The translations under genes and the position numbers were made by a program. From Candidatus Heimdallarchaeota archaeon (GTDB lineage Archaea; Asgardarchaeota; Heimdallarchaeia; Heimdallarchaeales; Kariarchaeaceae), in assembly GCA_015523565.1 (NCBI GenBank), contig WAKA01000159.1:1-16706 (forward strand): DNA of 16,706 nt, read 5' to 3'. Below, piece by piece: positions 14,638-16,706 of this stretch; the first letter of the stretch is position 1; each line of letters opens with the position of its first letter. Below the pieces are notes generated by a model. That model did no database searches. It was not told the DNA's origin and was given only the letters and a program-made list of their open reading frames with translations.

Positions 14638-16490
14638 GACACCTCCTGTGTTTGTTGTATCATTATCCTGACGTCACGTAATGTAACAAAGGCAATATAA
14701 AACGCCACTAATTCAACCATGATTGTTAAAAGGAATCCAACCAATAACGATGCCGGATCTCCCATGAAATTGGTGGCTGTGAATAGGGCTAATCCATAAA
14801 AGAAAATTGCCATCAATCCCGTGTCGACAGTGACCAATGCGAATAAAATTCTGTTATAAGCAACGGCAAGACCTCTTTTGTCCCTAGACAAGTACCATTG
14901 GACAACAATCACCATTGAGACGGCTATCATGATGTACAAAAATAGTCGTGTTATTAAGGCTGTTGTGAAACCAAGAGACAACAATGCAAAACTCATGTAG
15001 ATGGTAATCACTATGAAATTTACGACAAATAGGATCATTATCCCCATGGATAGCATATCTAGGAAACTTGGCAATGCTGAAAGGACTGTGGAATATGGTG
15101 GCGTAATTTCTTTCTTGCATTTCCAACAATATTGTGAATAAACAGGGACTGGAAAATTGCAATTTGTACATGCAAATAGGGGGGTCGCTCTACAGGAGTT
15201 GCAAATTCCAGAAGGCGGCAATGAGGCATTGCAAATTATGCATTGTGGTGCGATTATTTCTAAAGCCTTGTCATATTTTTTTTCCAAGACATACTGTCTC
15301 CTTGCTTGTATTTCTGGTCGCTTTTTCCTCTTCATGTTTCTCCTTATTTCCGCCAAAAATTCTTTTGCCATTGATTTTTTTGGTTGTATTTGAAAATTAA
15401 ACCGTCCTGGTACCGCAAATTCGATATCATAATGGCTATCCAAGTCAAAGGGTTCTGAATGGACGTTTTGGCAAACCGGGCAGACCCTGTCTTCCATTCT
15501 CCAAAAGATGTATCCTGAACCTGCAATTATTGCAATGACTACAATTCCTACCCCAAAAGTTGTAATGGGAAAATCCAACCCATAAACTGGCAGTGTCAAT
15601 GTGTCTGTAAATCTTGCCATTACCAATGACCCATTCCATGCCCCATGCAATGCCACTGCCCCAAAAAATGTCAACCCCATTGGTAGGAATTCCTTTGGCA
15701 TAGGAACTTTATTTCTTGATGACATGTTTGTGTTATACACCCCCCATCCCATCAAAATTGTTGTCGCGATATGCAATGGAAATGTCCATCTTATCATTAT
15801 CTGTGCAAATGCATCTCCAAACCCTTCTTGGAGTGATTGTGATGACAAATCAACTGAATTAAACACATAGAGATATGTTTCCAAAAAGGTGAAGATTGAT
15901 CCAACAAGAATGGCAGAAATCAAAATCAGCTTACTTGTCTTGAATAGTCTCCTTTCATTTTCTCCCCATTCTTTTCTCATGCTTCTTGCAAGAATGAACA
16001 ATGGAACCCCCTTTGCCATCTCCTCCACTAAAGGGGCAACCACTGCAAAAAAGATCAACAATATGACCTTTAGATTTTCTTCAGACTTATTGAGAAAAAG
16101 GGAAAAAACCAAGACAATGGAGCTTGTTGTAGTATTCAATGTCAATGCAAACAATGTTGACAGAATGCCCGAGACAAAAAGGAATAGATACACCCTTGTT
16201 ATTAATTGGTCATCTTTCAACTCCTCTGTGGCAATGGCAATGGCTCCTAAATTGACCAGAAAAAAGGCAAAAATTGGAAACAATGCAATGAACAAAAACT
16301 TTGCAAACAAAATCGGCATGAAAGTGACATATCCGATAAGTCCGATTAACCCCGCCAATATTACCAAAAAACTGGCATAAAGCAGCTTTGTTTGAAATAT
16401 TGCAGGCGTTGGATGTTCACTTATCTTTTTTTTGATCTCGAACGGACTGATTGATTCTGCAACCCCGTCCATAAGCATCCTTTCTGTCAC
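14634..16490 (-). CDS. PrsW-family (CPBP/M82) intramembrane glutamic/metalloprotease fused to zinc ribbons and extra TM helices
   Basis: All four family motifs are present: 'APLVEEMAKG' (EExxK), 'FTFLE' (FxxxE), 'PLH' and 'ALHGAWN' (HxxxN). These are followed by CPVC..H, CIIC/CNSC, CTNC/CWKC and about 4 more TMs. The start may be ATG 16478 or 16472 rather than GTG 16490. Confidence 0.88.
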   Translation of the reverse strand: MTERMLMDGVAESISPFEIKKKISEHPTPAIFQTKLLYASFLVILAGLIGLIGYVTFMPILFAKFLFIALFPIFAFFLVNLGAIAIATEELKDDQLITRVYLFLFVSGILSTLFALTLNTTTSSIVLVFSLFLNKSEENLKVILLIFFAVVAPLVEEMAKGVPLFILARSMRKEWGENERRLFKTSKLILISAILVGSIFTFLETYLYVFNSVDLSSQSLQEGFGDAFAQIMIRWTFPLHIATTILMGWGVYNTNMSSRNKVPMPKEFLPMGLTFFGAVALHGAWNGSLVMARFTDTLTLPVYGLDFPITTFGVGIVVIAIIAGSGYIFWRMEDRVCPVCQNVHSEPFDLDSHYDIEFAVPGRFNFQIQPKKSMAKEFLAEIRRNMKRKKRPEIQARRQYVLEKKYDKALEIIAPQCIICNASLPPSGICNSCRATPLFACTNCNFPVPVYSQYCWKCKKEITPPYSTVLSALPSFLDMLSMGIMILFVVNFIVITIYMSFALLSLGFTTALITRLFLYIMIAVSMVIVVQWYLSRDKRGLAVAYNRILFALVTVDTGLMAIFFYGLALFTATNFMGDPASLLVGFLLTIMVELVAFYIAFVTLRDVRIMIQQTQEVS

Positions 16491-16692
16491 TCAATTATAA
16501 ATGTAGGGTAAAGCACCATCCAATTAGCCTAAAAAAAGTTTTTTTGCTGTGCATTGTTTTTTGTCTTAAAAGGTCATAGAAAAACTTCACTCAAAATTCT
16601 ATATTACATGATAGGATTTTGTTTTTCTATCGTCACAGTTAAATATACTATTGATACTAATATGTTTGTATTTGTACTAATAACTATACTGT

Positions 16693-16706
16693 GGTGAACT
16701 AAAATG
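16693..16706 (+). promoter_or_regulatory. SD (GGTGA) and ATG of a probable divergent gene starting at the window edge
   Basis: 'ggtgaactaaaatg' ends the window after a roughly 200-bp AT-rich intergenic region. Confidence 0.5.

Noticed and set aside
8948-16380. Numerous 60-160 aa plus-strand ORFs opposite the MoxR operon, and similar ones opposite the sulfur operon
   Set aside because: They are antisense or alternate-frame shadows of well-supported genes, with no motifs or RBS.
16531-16690. A7-G-T7 palindrome and short TACTA repeats in the terminal intergenic region, as a possible origin or operator array
   Set aside because: This is low-complexity AT-rich sequence. There are no ORB-like G-string boxes and no adjacent cdc6/orc1 gene is visible.

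Overview
An AT-rich, gene-dense prokaryotic window, most plausibly from an Asgard archaeon. This is inferred from a TPR protein with a longin-like tail, a stand-alone 23-residue LRR protein, GAGGTGA Shine-Dalgarno sites and TATA-like boxes about 25-30 nt upstream of apparently leaderless starts. It has three blocks. (1) A coiled-coil/PD-(D/E)XK-like gene, preceded on the minus strand by a tightly coupled five-gene sulfur-relay operon, tusA-dsrE2-dsrE-tusA-sqr (3616->1028). (2) An accessory middle: an LRR protein, two tandem class I SAM methyltransferases and a TPR-longin-like protein. (3) A seven-gene, 8.1-kb minus-strand membrane operon (16490->8350). It encodes a PrsW-family intramembrane protease carrying zinc ribbons and extra TM helices, a Cys4-tailed membrane protein, DUF4129-like and DUF4350-like proteins, a MoxR AAA+ ATPase, a DUF58/vWA protein and a final membrane protein. 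The best candidates for an undescribed system are the PrsW-coupled MoxR/DUF58 operon and the double-TusA/double-DsrE/SQR persulfide relay. I saw no rRNA, tRNA, CRISPR array or transposase. All family calls come from motif recognition by eye, not database searches.
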